This document shows, piece by piece, positions 28,938 through 39,083 of a DNA stretch of 64,000 bases. A program made the position numbers and the translations under genes. The DNA comes from Candidatus Bathyarchaeota archaeon (GTDB lineage: Archaea; Thermoproteota; Bathyarchaeia; Bathyarchaeales; Bathycorpusculaceae): contig CAWHDT010000005.1 of NCBI GenBank assembly GCA_963828195.1, positions 256,001 through 320,000 on the forward strand. The letters run 5' to 3'. A model generated the notes under the pieces. It saw only the letters and a program-made list of their open reading frames with translations, was not told the origin of the DNA and searched no databases. Each line of letters begins with the position of its first letter. Position 1 is the first letter of the stretch.

Positions 28938-29174
28938 TTGGTCCGCGTAATTTCCATCTCTGACGAAGTGTATTTTGAGCTATCAAAAATGAAGAATGGG
29001 AAATCCTTCTCACAATTGCTTAAATCAATGATTGAACAATGCGAAAAGAAGGGCAATCCAGAAAAAATTCTTGAGTATCTAAATACACATGAGGCCTTGA
29101 GCGATGAGAGCGCCAAGAAGATGCTTGCTGAGGTGGAGAAAGGCAGAAAGCGTAGCTTTCCAAGGAACTTCTAG
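28938..29174 (+). CDS. VapB-like antitoxin (DUF217 type)
   Basis: RVISISDEVYFELSKMK..KSFSQLL pattern; TTG start. Confidence 0.75.
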   Translation: MVRVISISDEVYFELSKMKNGKSFSQLLKSMIEQCEKKGNPEKILEYLNTHEALSDESAKKMLAEVEKGRKRSFPRNF

Positions 29175-29175
29175 A

Positions 29176-29250
29176 TTGAGTGATGTAGTGGTAGTTTTTG
29201 ACACTTCAACCTTGAGCTTTGATAGCCCAAAGATACTGGTGCTTAGGTAA
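29176..29250 (+). pseudogene. Truncated PIN/VapC toxin remnant
   Basis: MSDVVVVFDTST... carries the PIN N-terminal hhhDTS motif, starts 1 nt after the antitoxin stop and ends after 24 codons. Confidence 0.55.
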
Positions 29251-29264
29251 TTTTTACTTTGGGG

Positions 29265-31322
29265 TCAAGTTGCTTTCTGGCTAATTGTTCCTTTAGTGTA
29301 TGGAACGAACTCCCTGACCTGTTCAATCGAGGTTTTTCCAGCTTTCTCCCGCTGCTCCTTCGGCAGCTTCAGCATCAGCGACTTGAGGATTTGCTGTAGA
29401 AGCTCCTTCCCTTGGGTATCGCCCGGTGCTAAGACAACATAGGCTTTGGTCTTAGCTTTCACGGCATCCACGGGACCGCCAACATAACGGGTTTCCTCAT
29501 TGACAATTATGCCAACAGCCGTTCTAAGCGACACACTTCGCGTCCAGTTGCGTTTGCCGACAACTGCGAAGGCGCCGTGGGGGACAGATTCTCCTGAAGG
29601 ACCGCTTTTGCTTAGCTGATCAACTTTAACCCAATAAACATCGGCTGAACCCGCGTTTTCACGCCAAGCACGCGAAAAAGACGCCGCGAACTCTCCAGCT
29701 TCCCGAAGAGCTTGCTCACTTATGGTTTTGCCTTCAGCTTTAACCACGGTGAATGGTGCGCCTGAGATTTCAGCGTGAAAAACCGCATCCTCTTGTGTGG
29801 CGTATTTTTTGATGAGCACTTCGTTGCTGACTGTGTCTTTGCCCGCAACCACCAAGAAGCCGTCTGAAGAGGTGAACCAACGGAATTTCTCGTACCACCC
29901 CTTATTCTCCTGCTCGATTTTACGTTTAGAGAGCGCTTCGAGCAGTGCGGCGGGCTTGAGACTTTTGAGTTCCTCCGCTGCGCTTAACTCCCTTTCAATT
30001 TTAGCTAATTTTCTCTTAGAATCCTCCAGCGCCGATAACGCGCCTGCAGATTTTTGCTTTGCTTTTTTTCCCCGTTCATAATATTCATTAGCGTTCTCGA
30101 AAAGTGAATCCCGCAGGCTGAAGCTGAATTGGAAGTTATCCATGCAGAGGTTAAGAGCGAGGTTGCGTCCGTCAAAGGATTGAATGTAAGCCTCAGGTGT
30201 GCCGCCAGTTTTTTTAGCTGCCAGGGCTTCGTTGATTACTGCGTCCCAGTCTTTGCCTGCACGGTTCGAGTTCAGAAGCTTGTCTTGAAATGTTTGCAGT
30301 TCGTTAAAATGTGCGTAAATAGTATCGCCGATTAGTTTGTCCCGTTCTGCTTTTGCTTCGTCTTCATGTATTGATTTTTCCTGTTCAGCAACCACTCGTT
30401 TAAGCCGCTCTGCTTCCAGTTTTAACTTATCAACTTCAACGCTGGCAAATGCTTTTTCAGCCGTTGTTACCCGTAGATAAAACTCATCTAATGCTTCATT
30501 AAAGCTGCTGTAAACTTTGGTTTTGAAGCCTTCATAACGCTTAAGTTTGAGGGGCACCACGTCCAAGAAGTTTTCTTCTTCATTGAGGATTATGTTTGGC
30601 TCCAAGACGGCTGCCGAAATTTTCGAAAGCAAACCCTGAAGTTCATCAAAAATGCCCTTAACCTCCGCATCCGTCAAGCTCTTGCATGGCTTGGCTTTAT
30701 CTACGCCGGCTCGAAGCAAAACCTCCTCAGCGTAAACTCCGCCAATGCCAAGCAACCTTGCTTTTGTTCTAACAACCTCGGCTTCGCCTGCACTTTTCAA
30801 AGCGTCCTCCAATTCAGGTAGAGCAACTTTGAAGGGGTTCTTGCCGCTTGGAGGAGGCAACAGTAAGACTTCATTACGTGAGATGTTGCGGTCGCGCATT
30901 TGCTTAAAAATTAAAGCCTGCCAAATCACGTTTTTCTCGTTTGTTAAGATAATGTTTCCTTCGCCGAAAAGTTCAACAACGAGATTAAGCAGCCCTTCTT
31001 TGGTCTCGAAACGGATCGTTACGATTCTTTCAAACTCGTATTGCTCAATACCCCTAACCCATGCTCCACGCAGGTACTTTCTCAGGGACATACAAAATGC
31101 AGGAGGAGCAGCTGGGCTTTCCTGCGCATAAACGGTCGAGTGCAACCTTCGTCCTGCTTCCATGACTAATCGTATCGGCGGCAAGTTAGCCTTATGAAGC
31201 TTGAAAACCAAGGTTTTCTCGTCAAGCTGGTAGATGTTGTTCACTCTTGACTCAGAAATTAATCCCTTAAGCTCACTGACTACCGCGGAAATATCAAAGC
31301 TTGTGAAATCTTTTTTACGCAA
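29265..31322 (-). CDS. rqcH: Ribosome quality control protein Rqc2/RqcH (NFACT family)
   Basis: AFCMSLRKYL, ELFGEGNIIL, WYEKFRWF, GKD...NE and FHA motifs. Confidence 0.92.
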   Translation of the reverse strand: MRKKDFTSFDISAVVSELKGLISESRVNNIYQLDEKTLVFKLHKANLPPIRLVMEAGRRLHSTVYAQESPAAPPAFCMSLRKYLRGAWVRGIEQYEFERIVTIRFETKEGLLNLVVELFGEGNIILTNEKNVIWQALIFKQMRDRNISRNEVLLLPPPSGKNPFKVALPELEDALKSAGEAEVVRTKARLLGIGGVYAEEVLLRAGVDKAKPCKSLTDAEVKGIFDELQGLLSKISAAVLEPNIILNEEENFLDVVPLKLKRYEGFKTKVYSSFNEALDEFYLRVTTAEKAFASVEVDKLKLEAERLKRVVAEQEKSIHEDEAKAERDKLIGDTIYAHFNELQTFQDKLLNSNRAGKDWDAVINEALAAKKTGGTPEAYIQSFDGRNLALNLCMDNFQFSFSLRDSLFENANEYYERGKKAKQKSAGALSALEDSKRKLAKIERELSAAEELKSLKPAALLEALSKRKIEQENKGWYEKFRWFTSSDGFLVVAGKDTVSNEVLIKKYATQEDAVFHAEISGAPFTVVKAEGKTISEQALREAGEFAASFSRAWRENAGSADVYWVKVDQLSKSGPSGESVPHGAFAVVGKRNWTRSVSLRTAVGIIVNEETRYVGGPVDAVKAKTKAYVVLAPGDTQGKELLQQILKSLMLKLPKEQREKAGKTSIEQVREFVPYTKGTISQKAT

Positions 31323-31494
31323 AGCCTACACCGTTATACTTCTGCTTGTTATACTGAAGTTGATTCAAATAACCTTTTCACAGAAAAAACCCCAAATGCC
31401 TAATTAAATGAGTTCGGGAGGCAGAAACGATTAATATCTAGGCATGTTTTTTAAGTAAGAATAAAATATACTGTGCCAAAGGATTAGATTCAAC

Positions 31495-31788
31495 ATGACC
31501 CCCATAGTACAGCTTTACTGGATACGAGTTGCGTTAGGCATAATTGCAGGTGCGTTAAGTGCAGCAGTCGCTTTCGTGTTAGGTGCCACGAATAGCATCA
31601 CTACTCTTGTCAACTGTTTCACTGTAGCCCTAATAGTTTACTTAGCATCCTACTATGCGTTGAAAGCAATGTACAAAAACAAAATAGAGAAACAATCAAA
31701 AATATTAAGCACAGCCGTAGCCATGTACTTCTTCGCTTGGTTACCCTTCTTTATCCTGTTCTACACAATTATGAGAATTTACATATAA
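31495..31788 (+). CDS. Three-TM small membrane protein, EMC6/Rab5IF-like
   Basis: YWIR...GIIAG and C-terminal YFFAW...LFY pattern. Confidence 0.55.
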   Translation: MTPIVQLYWIRVALGIIAGALSAAVAFVLGATNSITTLVNCFTVALIVYLASYYALKAMYKNKIEKQSKILSTAVAMYFFAWLPFFILFYTIMRIYI

Positions 31789-31802
31789 GCCCTGAAAAAG
31801 CT

Positions 31803-32264
31803 TTATTCATCTTCACTTTTAGCGATGAAATTGGCAATCGTCGCTTGGCTCTTGTCACTTTTGAGGGTTTCTATTTTTTCTTCTCCAACTGCTTTTTCTG
31901 CGCCATTTTGGGTGCTGGGGATTTCCATGCGTGTTAAGATGCGCATGCAATCTGCCCAAGCTGAGAAGTATCCGCGGTCGAAGTCTCCATGCAAGCCGTT
32001 GCGCATGTGGTCGAGAAACTCTTTTCTGTAGGCATGAAGAGCCGCCGTGTCGCCGAGGTCAAGCTTTGAAAAGAATGCGTAGTCGTCTGTAGCGGCGTTT
32101 TTCCGAGAAAGATACATTCCGTATAATGCTCGGAAGTATCCTCTGTTCCATTCTGTTTTCTGCATTTTTTGTTTAACTCTTTCCAACTCTCGTTCAGCTT
32201 CTGTGAATTGCCTACCTACTATGAGTTGAAAGTAACGTGTGACTAAGGCTTGCGGTACGGGCAT
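31803..32264 (-). CDS. Hypothetical protein with two RGY repeats
   Basis: Coupled downstream of radA; WNRGY and FDRGY motifs. Confidence 0.75.
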   Translation of the reverse strand: MPVPQALVTRYFQLIVGRQFTEAERELERVKQKMQKTEWNRGYFRALYGMYLSRKNAATDDYAFFSKLDLGDTAALHAYRKEFLDHMRNGLHGDFDRGYFSAWADCMRILTRMEIPSTQNGAEKAVGEEKIETLKSDKSQATIANFIAKSEDE

Positions 32265-32266
32265 GT

Positions 32267-33337
32267 TTAGCGTCCACGACTTTTACTTGCTTTCTCTGCT
32301 TTTTCTTCTTCAGAGATATCTTCTATTCCATTCTCGGTTACTTTAAGTATTTCCTCTCCTTCAGGCAAATACGGGCTTGAAACGAGCCGCGCAATCCTGG
32401 TGGGACCATGGGGTGCCCTTCGCAGGTAGATGCGTGTGTGGCTTGTGTGACCCACGATGTTTCCGCCGATCGGATGAATTGCGTCGCCGAAGAATTGGTC
32501 GGGTTTAGCCATTACTTGGTTGGTAACCACTGCCACTGCGTTGAATGCTCTGGCTAAAGCGATCAGTTTGTGCATGTGCTTGTTTAGTTTTTGTTGTCTT
32601 GAAGCCAACATTTCCCGTCCGAGATATTCACTTCTGAAATGTGCAGTTAACGAGTCAACAATGATTAGTTTGACGTTGTTATCCTTGATTATTTCATCGG
32701 CGTTTTCAAGAAGGAACATTTGGTGATCTGAAGTGTATGCCTCAGCGTAAATGATGTTTTTCGCTACTTTTTCAGGGTCTAAGCCTAAAAACTTCGACAT
32801 CTGCACTATACGTTCAAGCCTGAAAGTGTTCTCCGTATCCACATATAACGCGGCGCCGTTGAGTCCACCTCGCTCCGGAGGCAACTGAACGTTTACGCAT
32901 AACTGATGGCACATCTGGCTTTTTCCACTGCCATATTCACCGTAAAACTCTGTTATAGTTTGGGTTTCTAAGCCGCCGTCAACTATTTTGTCTAAGGCTT
33001 TGCTGCCTGTGCTTAATCGTAAAACGCTTTCGCGCATTTTGAAGAGTTCGTCTGCTCGGACGAAGGCGATGCCGATGGATGAACGAGCCGCCTGTATTAT
33101 TTGGAAAGCCTTTTTTTCGCTTACTCCCACGGGGTCTAGTTCTCGTGCTGTCGCCATGGCTAAAGATTCAACAGTGTGGTAGCCGAGTTCTCGGAGTTTT
33201 TGCGCTGTGGCGGGTCCAACTCCTGGAAGGTCTTCTATGAACTCATATTTTTTCTTGAGTGGTTCTGCTTCTTCTGTCTCTGTGTTTTCTGGTTCTTTTT
33301 GGTTTTCAACGCTTTCATCTTCAGACATTATGTTCAC
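32267..33337 (-). CDS. radA: DNA repair and recombination protein RadA
   Basis: HhH DLPGVGP, GEYGSGKSQ, IVDS, RQQKL and GHTSHTR motifs. Confidence 0.97.
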   Translation of the reverse strand: MNIMSEDESVENQKEPENTETEEAEPLKKKYEFIEDLPGVGPATAQKLRELGYHTVESLAMATARELDPVGVSEKKAFQIIQAARSSIGIAFVRADELFKMRESVLRLSTGSKALDKIVDGGLETQTITEFYGEYGSGKSQMCHQLCVNVQLPPERGGLNGAALYVDTENTFRLERIVQMSKFLGLDPEKVAKNIIYAEAYTSDHQMFLLENADEIIKDNNVKLIIVDSLTAHFRSEYLGREMLASRQQKLNKHMHKLIALARAFNAVAVVTNQVMAKPDQFFGDAIHPIGGNIVGHTSHTRIYLRRAPHGPTRIARLVSSPYLPEGEEILKVTENGIEDISEEEKAEKASKSRGR

Positions 33338-33469
33338 ACTTTTATGATGATGTGATGCATGGTGTATTTAAGATAACCTTAGAAAAGGGTTATTTCGTCA
33401 GTGGAGGGGAGAGTGAAAGTGAATGTGAAATTAAAAAAAACGATGCGACAAAAAACTGGGAAAAATGGG

Positions 33470-33751
33470 TTATTCTTTGCAGTGTTTCAGTTCGCCGAGT
33501 TCCTTCATTGTTTTGTTCAGTACAGCTTTGTCCTCGAAAGATTTAATGAGGTTGGCAGGTAAACAAACTGTCACTTTGCCCAGATAAGGCCTCTTGAACC
33601 CCATTTTCTTTGTTGCTTCGTCAGTTAAACCAACATAGAAATTCATAACCTGCCAAGTGTTCATATCTACATCTGCATCTTCAACTTCGCCTAGCAACAC
33701 TGAGTCTGCTGTAAACGCTTTTTTCCAAAATAGTCTAGTAATTTCAACCAT
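33470..33751 (-). CDS. PRC-barrel domain protein
   Basis: KKAFTADSVLLGEVED...D...W...D.AVL pattern. Confidence 0.7.
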   Translation of the reverse strand: MVEITRLFWKKAFTADSVLLGEVEDADVDMNTWQVMNFYVGLTDEATKKMGFKRPYLGKVTVCLPANLIKSFEDKAVLNKTMKELGELKHCKE

Positions 33752-33862
33752 AGGAAAACCTTGTACTAAATTAACAATTGACTGCTATATTTGTTTGTCG
33801 GCGATAACTCGGCGGCAAAATGCTTTTTACAATCCGAAAACATAGTTACTAACGGTAATTTT

Positions 33863-34246
33863 ATGTCTACTTCTCAGAAAGAAACCAAGAAGCTTACTCC
33901 AGAAGAGGAGCGGGTTATCGTCAAGAAAGGAACTGAAATGCCCTTCACCGGTAAATACTTCGCGTTTTGGGAGAAAGGCACCTACGTCTGCAAACGCTGT
34001 GGAGCAGCCCTTTACCGTTCAGAAAACAAGTTTGAAGCAGACTGCGGGTGGCCAAGCTTCGACGAGGAAATTCCTGGCGCAGTCAAGCGGCTTCCTGACC
34101 CTGATGGGATGCGAACTGAAATTGAATGCGTAAACTGCGGAGCACACCTTGGCCACGTTTTCACAGGCGAACACTTCACGGAAAAAGATACTCGGCACTG
34201 CGTAAACTCAATATCTATGGATTTTGTACCTGACAAAAAAGAATGA
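33863..34246 (+). CDS. msrB: Methionine-R-sulfoxide reductase
   Basis: GTE.PF, CGWPSF, RTEI.C, HLGHVF and RHCVNS motifs. Confidence 0.95.
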   Translation: MSTSQKETKKLTPEEERVIVKKGTEMPFTGKYFAFWEKGTYVCKRCGAALYRSENKFEADCGWPSFDEEIPGAVKRLPDPDGMRTEIECVNCGAHLGHVFTGEHFTEKDTRHCVNSISMDFVPDKKE

Positions 34247-34339
34247 TTGCGCCTTCTTTGAAGGATGCCGCTCCGCTATTCACTTGTTAAGAATGAAGCA
34301 AATAGTAGGGGAGGCTGAGGGCTTTTCGCTTGTGCCAGG

Positions 34340-34637
34340 CACCTTTTTGCTGCTTGATTTTTGACACAATTTTCATTTTTTGATAGAACAACAACACCCG
34401 AAAAACAACTGTTGTTCTTCTATTGAATCCAGATTTAAGGCAGCCATCTAAAAAATAAAATTAAAAGAAGAAGCTGGTGAAAACAATTTTTCTTCTTCTT
34501 CTTTGGTCTGTTTCTTTTTGTAGCTGTTTTTTTGTGCAAATAGCAGGTAGGGCTATAGGTAGGCGGCGTCTAATTAGGGCTTGTTTTAAGGTGATTTTTT
34601 GGTTTAAGGCTTAAAATAGTTTATTTGCCAAAATAGG
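34340..34637 (+). repeat. Dispersed ~300-bp double-hairpin repeat, copy C
   Basis: AGAACAACAACAC...AACAACTGTTGTTCTTCT and AAGAAGAAGCTGGTGAAAACAATTTTTCTTCTTCTT shared with copy D. Confidence 0.85.
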
Positions 34638-34638
34638 T

Positions 34639-35460
34639 TCAGCAGAATATTGGCTGTTCCATCGCGTTTAGATACGGCATTAATTCTTCAAGTTTGTTTA
34701 TCGTCAAGTATGATTTGGGAGTTAAGTTTCCGGTGTACTTGTTTTTTCTTCGGTTAATGTGGATGGGTATCATTCCCGTGTTCAATGCGCCTTCAACGTC
34801 TGTTTCCAACGTATCTCCGACAAAAACTGCTTCATAAGCCGGCACATCAAGCGCGTCGAGGGCTATTTTGAATATTTTTGGATTAGGTTTTCTTATGTTT
34901 ACGTCGCCGCTGACTATAATAAAGTCAAACAGGTTTTTCAGATTATTAGTTTTCAGAAGATCCCATGCGCACTCCGAGAAGCTCAGGTTAGATATAAGCC
35001 CAGTTTTGTATTTTGCCTGCAAAAAATCAAGCACTCTTACAGCTTGAGGATCCACCTGTATATAAAGAGAAAATGCCCTGCAAAAATCGCGAACGCCCTC
35101 ATCAATTGCCTTGTCATCTGGAGAAACCGTGTAACCAATATTTGAAAGGGTTTTTGAAACATATATTTTAAAATGGGGTTCCCTTAGGTTAGTGGATGTA
35201 GCTGCTTCAATTTGGGCAACAACTTTTGCATAGCTGCTTTCAAACTCTGGAAATGCACAGATAAACCCGTTTTTAGAAAGCGAACTGTGAAGCTTAAGTA
35301 AGCTTTTCGTGAAGCATTCGTGGCTGTCGCCTATGAGGATCAATGTGTCAAATAGGTCAAACAAAACGGCTTTGACGTTTTCCAGCGGGAGTGCAAAAGG
35401 GAACTTGCCGTTTTGATAGCCATGCATATTGTAACTTGATTGTTCGGCTAAGGTTTGCAT
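34639..35460 (-). CDS. HAD-superfamily hydrolase (subfamily IA)
   Basis: FDLFDTL, ISN, KP.P.IF and VGD...D motifs; start uncertain. Confidence 0.85.
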   Translation of the reverse strand: MQTLAEQSSYNMHGYQNGKFPFALPLENVKAVLFDLFDTLILIGDSHECFTKSLLKLHSSLSKNGFICAFPEFESSYAKVVAQIEAATSTNLREPHFKIYVSKTLSNIGYTVSPDDKAIDEGVRDFCRAFSLYIQVDPQAVRVLDFLQAKYKTGLISNLSFSECAWDLLKTNNLKNLFDFIIVSGDVNIRKPNPKIFKIALDALDVPAYEAVFVGDTLETDVEGALNTGMIPIHINRRKNKYTGNLTPKSYLTINKLEELMPYLNAMEQPIFC

Positions 35461-35562
35461 GAGGCTTGAAAAGCAAAGGCGTTGATATAGAGCTTTATTA
35501 CAAAATATATAGTGACCTAGGAGTGACCCAATAAACTATTTATAAAAAGTCAAGAGTTAAAA

Positions 35563-36180
35563 TTACCTGAAATTTGTTCCCCACTGATTCTTGAAACAGT
35601 AATCGCTAAGTGGCTTTTTATTGGGCACAGGCGGTTCCTCCGCTGGATAACCCATCGCAATCAGCGCCTCAGGCTCAACCTCATCTGGAATTTTCAGCAC
35701 TTTCCTCACAGTTTCTTTGCAAAAAGCAGGCGCACAATACCAACATGCACCCAACCCTTTTGCATGCACCGCCAACAACAGGTTTTGCATGGCTGCGCCT
35801 AAACTCTGCATCGCCAAATCCCGCTCAACACTCAGCCGCTCCACGTCAGGTTGCCTTGCCATCCCATCCATTGTGGTGCAAGCAAGAATGAGCACGGGTG
35901 CAGTTGCAAATCTTTCAACCCTTTCCCGCTGGGCTTCTACATCGACTTTTAAACCGTCTCGCGCCATGTCGGTAGCCCAAGCTTCAGCCATAGCCTCAGC
36001 CAGTTCCCGCTTAACCGCTGAGTCATCTAAAACTACAAATCGCCATGGTTGAGCGTTATGCGCAGAGGGCGCCCAGCCAGCAGCAACTAAAACCTTCTCA
36101 ATAATCTCTGGGGGTACAGGACGAGCTAAATATTTTCTGATGCTTCGTCGCTGTCCAATAACTTCAAACACATCTGTCAT
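35563..36180 (-). CDS. Nitroreductase family protein, FbiB C-terminal-like
   Basis: RRSIR, APSAHNAQPW, GAAMQNLLL and GACW.CAP.FC motifs. Confidence 0.85.
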   Translation of the reverse strand: MTDVFEVIGQRRSIRKYLARPVPPEIIEKVLVAAGWAPSAHNAQPWRFVVLDDSAVKRELAEAMAEAWATDMARDGLKVDVEAQRERVERFATAPVLILACTTMDGMARQPDVERLSVERDLAMQSLGAAMQNLLLAVHAKGLGACWYCAPAFCKETVRKVLKIPDEVEPEALIAMGYPAEEPPVPNKKPLSDYCFKNQWGTNFR

Positions 36181-36213
36181 GAGAATCATTATGTTTCTTT
36201 TTGCTTCTTAAGC

Positions 36214-37242
36214 TTAAACCCTGTTTGGCTCCAGAATGACTTTGAGTGATTGTCCCGCTTCAGCCATCAAGCGGAAACCTTCCTGCGCCTCACTCAGTGG
36301 AAGTCGATGCGTAATCATTTCTTTAACATTGAGTTGTTTTGTCGCTAGAATCCGCAGGGAATCTTCCAAGTCGTTTGGTGCGGCGCCGTAGCTTGTTTGC
36401 ATGGTTATTTCGTTTCTCCAGAACTGGTTAATTGGCACTGGGAGCTTCACGGTTGGGTCGGGTACGGCGAAGAAAAGGATAGTTCCCCCGTTGTCCACGC
36501 AGTCCAATGCTGACAGCGACGCGGATGTGGCTCCGGTGCAGACGACAACTTGGTCAGCTAATCTTCCCTCGTTGACCTCCCTGAGCTTAGTTGCCAGGTT
36601 GGCTTTTGCATCCAGTGCGTCGGTTGCGCCGAATTTTTTTGCAAGCTCCAGCCTGTACGGGTTAATGTCGGCAACAATGATTTTCTGTAAGCCTTTGAAT
36701 TTGGCAAGTTGCGCATGCAGGATTCCAGCTATGCCGCTCCCGATGATCAGAAGCGTGTCGTCTTTTTGCAGGTTGGCTAAGCGTTGACCCCGCGAGACAC
36801 ATGCCAGGGGCTCAATGAATGTGCCTTCTTCATAGGACATGTCGTCTGGCAGCTTGTAGATGCCGAAGTCAATGTTTATTTTTGGAACGCGGATGTACTG
36901 CGAGAAGCCGCCTGGATAATAATTTGTCGTGTGCAACGTGTGGCAGGCAGTGTGGAAGCCTCGTTTGCAGTAGCGGCAGTTGTTGCAGGGTACGTGGTGG
37001 CTGACGAAAACACGGTCGCCGACTTTGAGGCTAGTAACTTTGCCGCCGACTTTATCGATGACGCCCGTGGCCTCGTGACCCAGCACAATTGGAGCTTTGG
37101 GAACACGGTACCATTCTATAACGTCGCTGCCGCATATCCCGCTTGCCATAACCTTCAGCAACGCCTCGTCCTCGCCGATTTTGGGAATCGGCGTTTCTTG
37201 GATGCGGACGTCATGATTGTTGTAGTAGACAGCGGTTAGCAA
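36214..37242 (-). CDS. Zinc-dependent alcohol/polyol dehydrogenase
   Basis: GICGSD, LGHE, CxxCxxC...C, EPLAC and GSGIAG motifs. Confidence 0.9.
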   Translation of the reverse strand: MLTAVYYNNHDVRIQETPIPKIGEDEALLKVMASGICGSDVIEWYRVPKAPIVLGHEATGVIDKVGGKVTSLKVGDRVFVSHHVPCNNCRYCKRGFHTACHTLHTTNYYPGGFSQYIRVPKINIDFGIYKLPDDMSYEEGTFIEPLACVSRGQRLANLQKDDTLLIIGSGIAGILHAQLAKFKGLQKIIVADINPYRLELAKKFGATDALDAKANLATKLREVNEGRLADQVVVCTGATSASLSALDCVDNGGTILFFAVPDPTVKLPVPINQFWRNEITMQTSYGAAPNDLEDSLRILATKQLNVKEMITHRLPLSEAQEGFRLMAEAGQSLKVILEPNRV

Positions 37243-37267
37243 ATGGTTTTCACCAAAAAAAATTTGG

Positions 37268-38062
37268 TTAAGCTTTGCCAGCTATAACTTGATTGTAGAG
37301 GTCGTCGGCTTCTTTGGCGGTGTAGCCTTCGTGGATTATGGCGCGGATGGCTTTGATGGACGCAACGGGGTTCTCGGTTTGCCAAATGTTTCGTCCCAAA
37401 TTGACGCCTATCGCTCCTGCCTGTAACCCGTCATAAACGAAGTCGAAAACTTGCCTTTGAGTTTCCGTTTTTGGACCGCCAGCTATGACAACCGGTACTG
37501 GGCATCCTTCAATGACCTTGCGGAAGTTCTCGCAATAGTAAGTTTTGACTACCCGTGCCCCTATTTCAGCGGAAATCCTCGCTGCAAGCGCCAAGTATCT
37601 TGCTTCGCGTTTTTCAAGTTCTTTGCCGACTGCCGAAACCGCCATAACTGGGATGCCGTAGTCTTCACATTCATCAACGAGTTTGGCGAGGTTGCTTAGG
37701 CTTTTGTTTTCATATTTGCTTCCGACAAACACCGACATAGAAACTGCGGAAGCGTTTAGTCTGAGGATTTCCTGAATCGATGTAACGACGCTTTCGTTGG
37801 CTAAGTCTTCCCCAACAACGGATACAGCGCCTGAAACCCGCATGATAATTGGTTTTTCGATGGCGGGGTTAACGCAGTTACGCAGCACTCCGCGGGTGCA
37901 CATGATTGCGTCGGCGTACTGGTAAATCGGTTTAATGGTTTCGCCGGGCTTCTCAAGGCAATGGGTTGGGCCTTGGAAGTAGCCGTGGTCAATGGGCAAA
38001 AAGAGGGCTTTGCCGTCTCTCTGGATTAGCCTGCTTAACCTGTTTTTCATACCCCACTCCAT
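37268..38062 (-). CDS. lsrF: LsrF-like thiolase/aldolase (DhnA family)
   Basis: WGMKNRLSR, DHGYFQGPT, AEIGA.VVKTYY, VIAGG and GRNIWQ motifs. Confidence 0.85.
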   Translation of the reverse strand: MEWGMKNRLSRLIQRDGKALFLPIDHGYFQGPTHCLEKPGETIKPIYQYADAIMCTRGVLRNCVNPAIEKPIIMRVSGAVSVVGEDLANESVVTSIQEILRLNASAVSMSVFVGSKYENKSLSNLAKLVDECEDYGIPVMAVSAVGKELEKREARYLALAARISAEIGARVVKTYYCENFRKVIEGCPVPVVIAGGPKTETQRQVFDFVYDGLQAGAIGVNLGRNIWQTENPVASIKAIRAIIHEGYTAKEADDLYNQVIAGKA

Positions 38063-38163
38063 AATCATCACTTCGTGGAACCTTTTGTTTTAAGAATTAA
38101 ATAACCTTTCCTACCCTGCCAAGAAAAAACTTTGAATTTGAGATTTTTGGGTTTTCTATTTTC

Positions 38164-38868
38164 TTAAAGTTCTATAGTTTGGGCAGTGTAAGGCTTAGGT
38201 ATGATTACTTTTGTCTGCGGCATCTTGTCCTTTAATATGTTTTCGAATTCCATGTGCTGCCCTTTGGAGCCGTGTATGGCAACAACAACTTTTGGTTTTA
38301 GGTCCGCTGCCATTTTAGAGGCGTTTTCGGGGGAACACGTTGGAGACCAGCGTCCTGTAGGCAGAAAAGCCAGCTGCGACTCGTAATCTTTGAGGGGCAC
38401 GTATCCTGAGTCGCCCGCGTGAAACACGAGGAGGTTGCCCATTTTTATTTGGAAGAGCATTAAGGGACCACGGTGGATCCTTTGAACCGCCTTTACCGTA
38501 AGGTCTCCGTAAGCGTACGTTTGACCAGACACCGCACTTTTTAACTTCTCCTCGGGGATGCTTCCTTTCAATTTGTCGGCGACTTTTGCCTCAGCCAATA
38601 TGGCTGCTCCAGTTTTCTTGAACAGCTTCAACGTCTTTCCACCATTGAAATGATCCATATGGTTGTGCGTGAAGAGCAGGAGGTTGACTTCTTTGAGTGC
38701 CGCCGTCTCGTCATCTTTCAAAAAGCCAGCGGGGTCAATCAGAACGGCTTGTTTAGCTGTCCTTGCGAGGATTCCTGAACCCCCAAAATACATGAAGGCA
38801 ATCTGGTTCTCAGAGAGACCTGAAGCAAAAAAATCGCCAATTTCTTTAGCCTTACTTTGTCTAAACAT
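38164..38868 (-). CDS. Metallo-beta-lactamase fold hydrolase
   Basis: IDP, THNHMDH, HAGDS and IH motifs. Confidence 0.85.
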   Translation of the reverse strand: MFRQSKAKEIGDFFASGLSENQIAFMYFGGSGILARTAKQAVLIDPAGFLKDDETAALKEVNLLLFTHNHMDHFNGGKTLKLFKKTGAAILAEAKVADKLKGSIPEEKLKSAVSGQTYAYGDLTVKAVQRIHRGPLMLFQIKMGNLLVFHAGDSGYVPLKDYESQLAFLPTGRWSPTCSPENASKMAADLKPKVVVAIHGSKGQHMEFENILKDKMPQTKVIIPKPYTAQTIEL

Positions 38869-39083
38869 AAATGACCGCTATTCCTTTGTGTGGCGACCCA
38901 ATATAAAAAATCTTTTGCAGACTTTTTCAAGTTTCTCTTCAATCCAGAATCAATCGACATAAATATAAAATCTATCAAAAATAAGTTGTTCCATTTGAGT
39001 AACAACAAAGCTATTTTAATAAAAAATTACTCTTGGATCTTGTTGTTGTGGAGGTGAAATTTTTGATTAAAACGGACAGCGCC

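Noticed and set aside
35511-35528. AGTGACC direct repeat upstream of the HAD gene
   Set aside because: Only two 7-mers; a possible operator but not distinguishable from chance.
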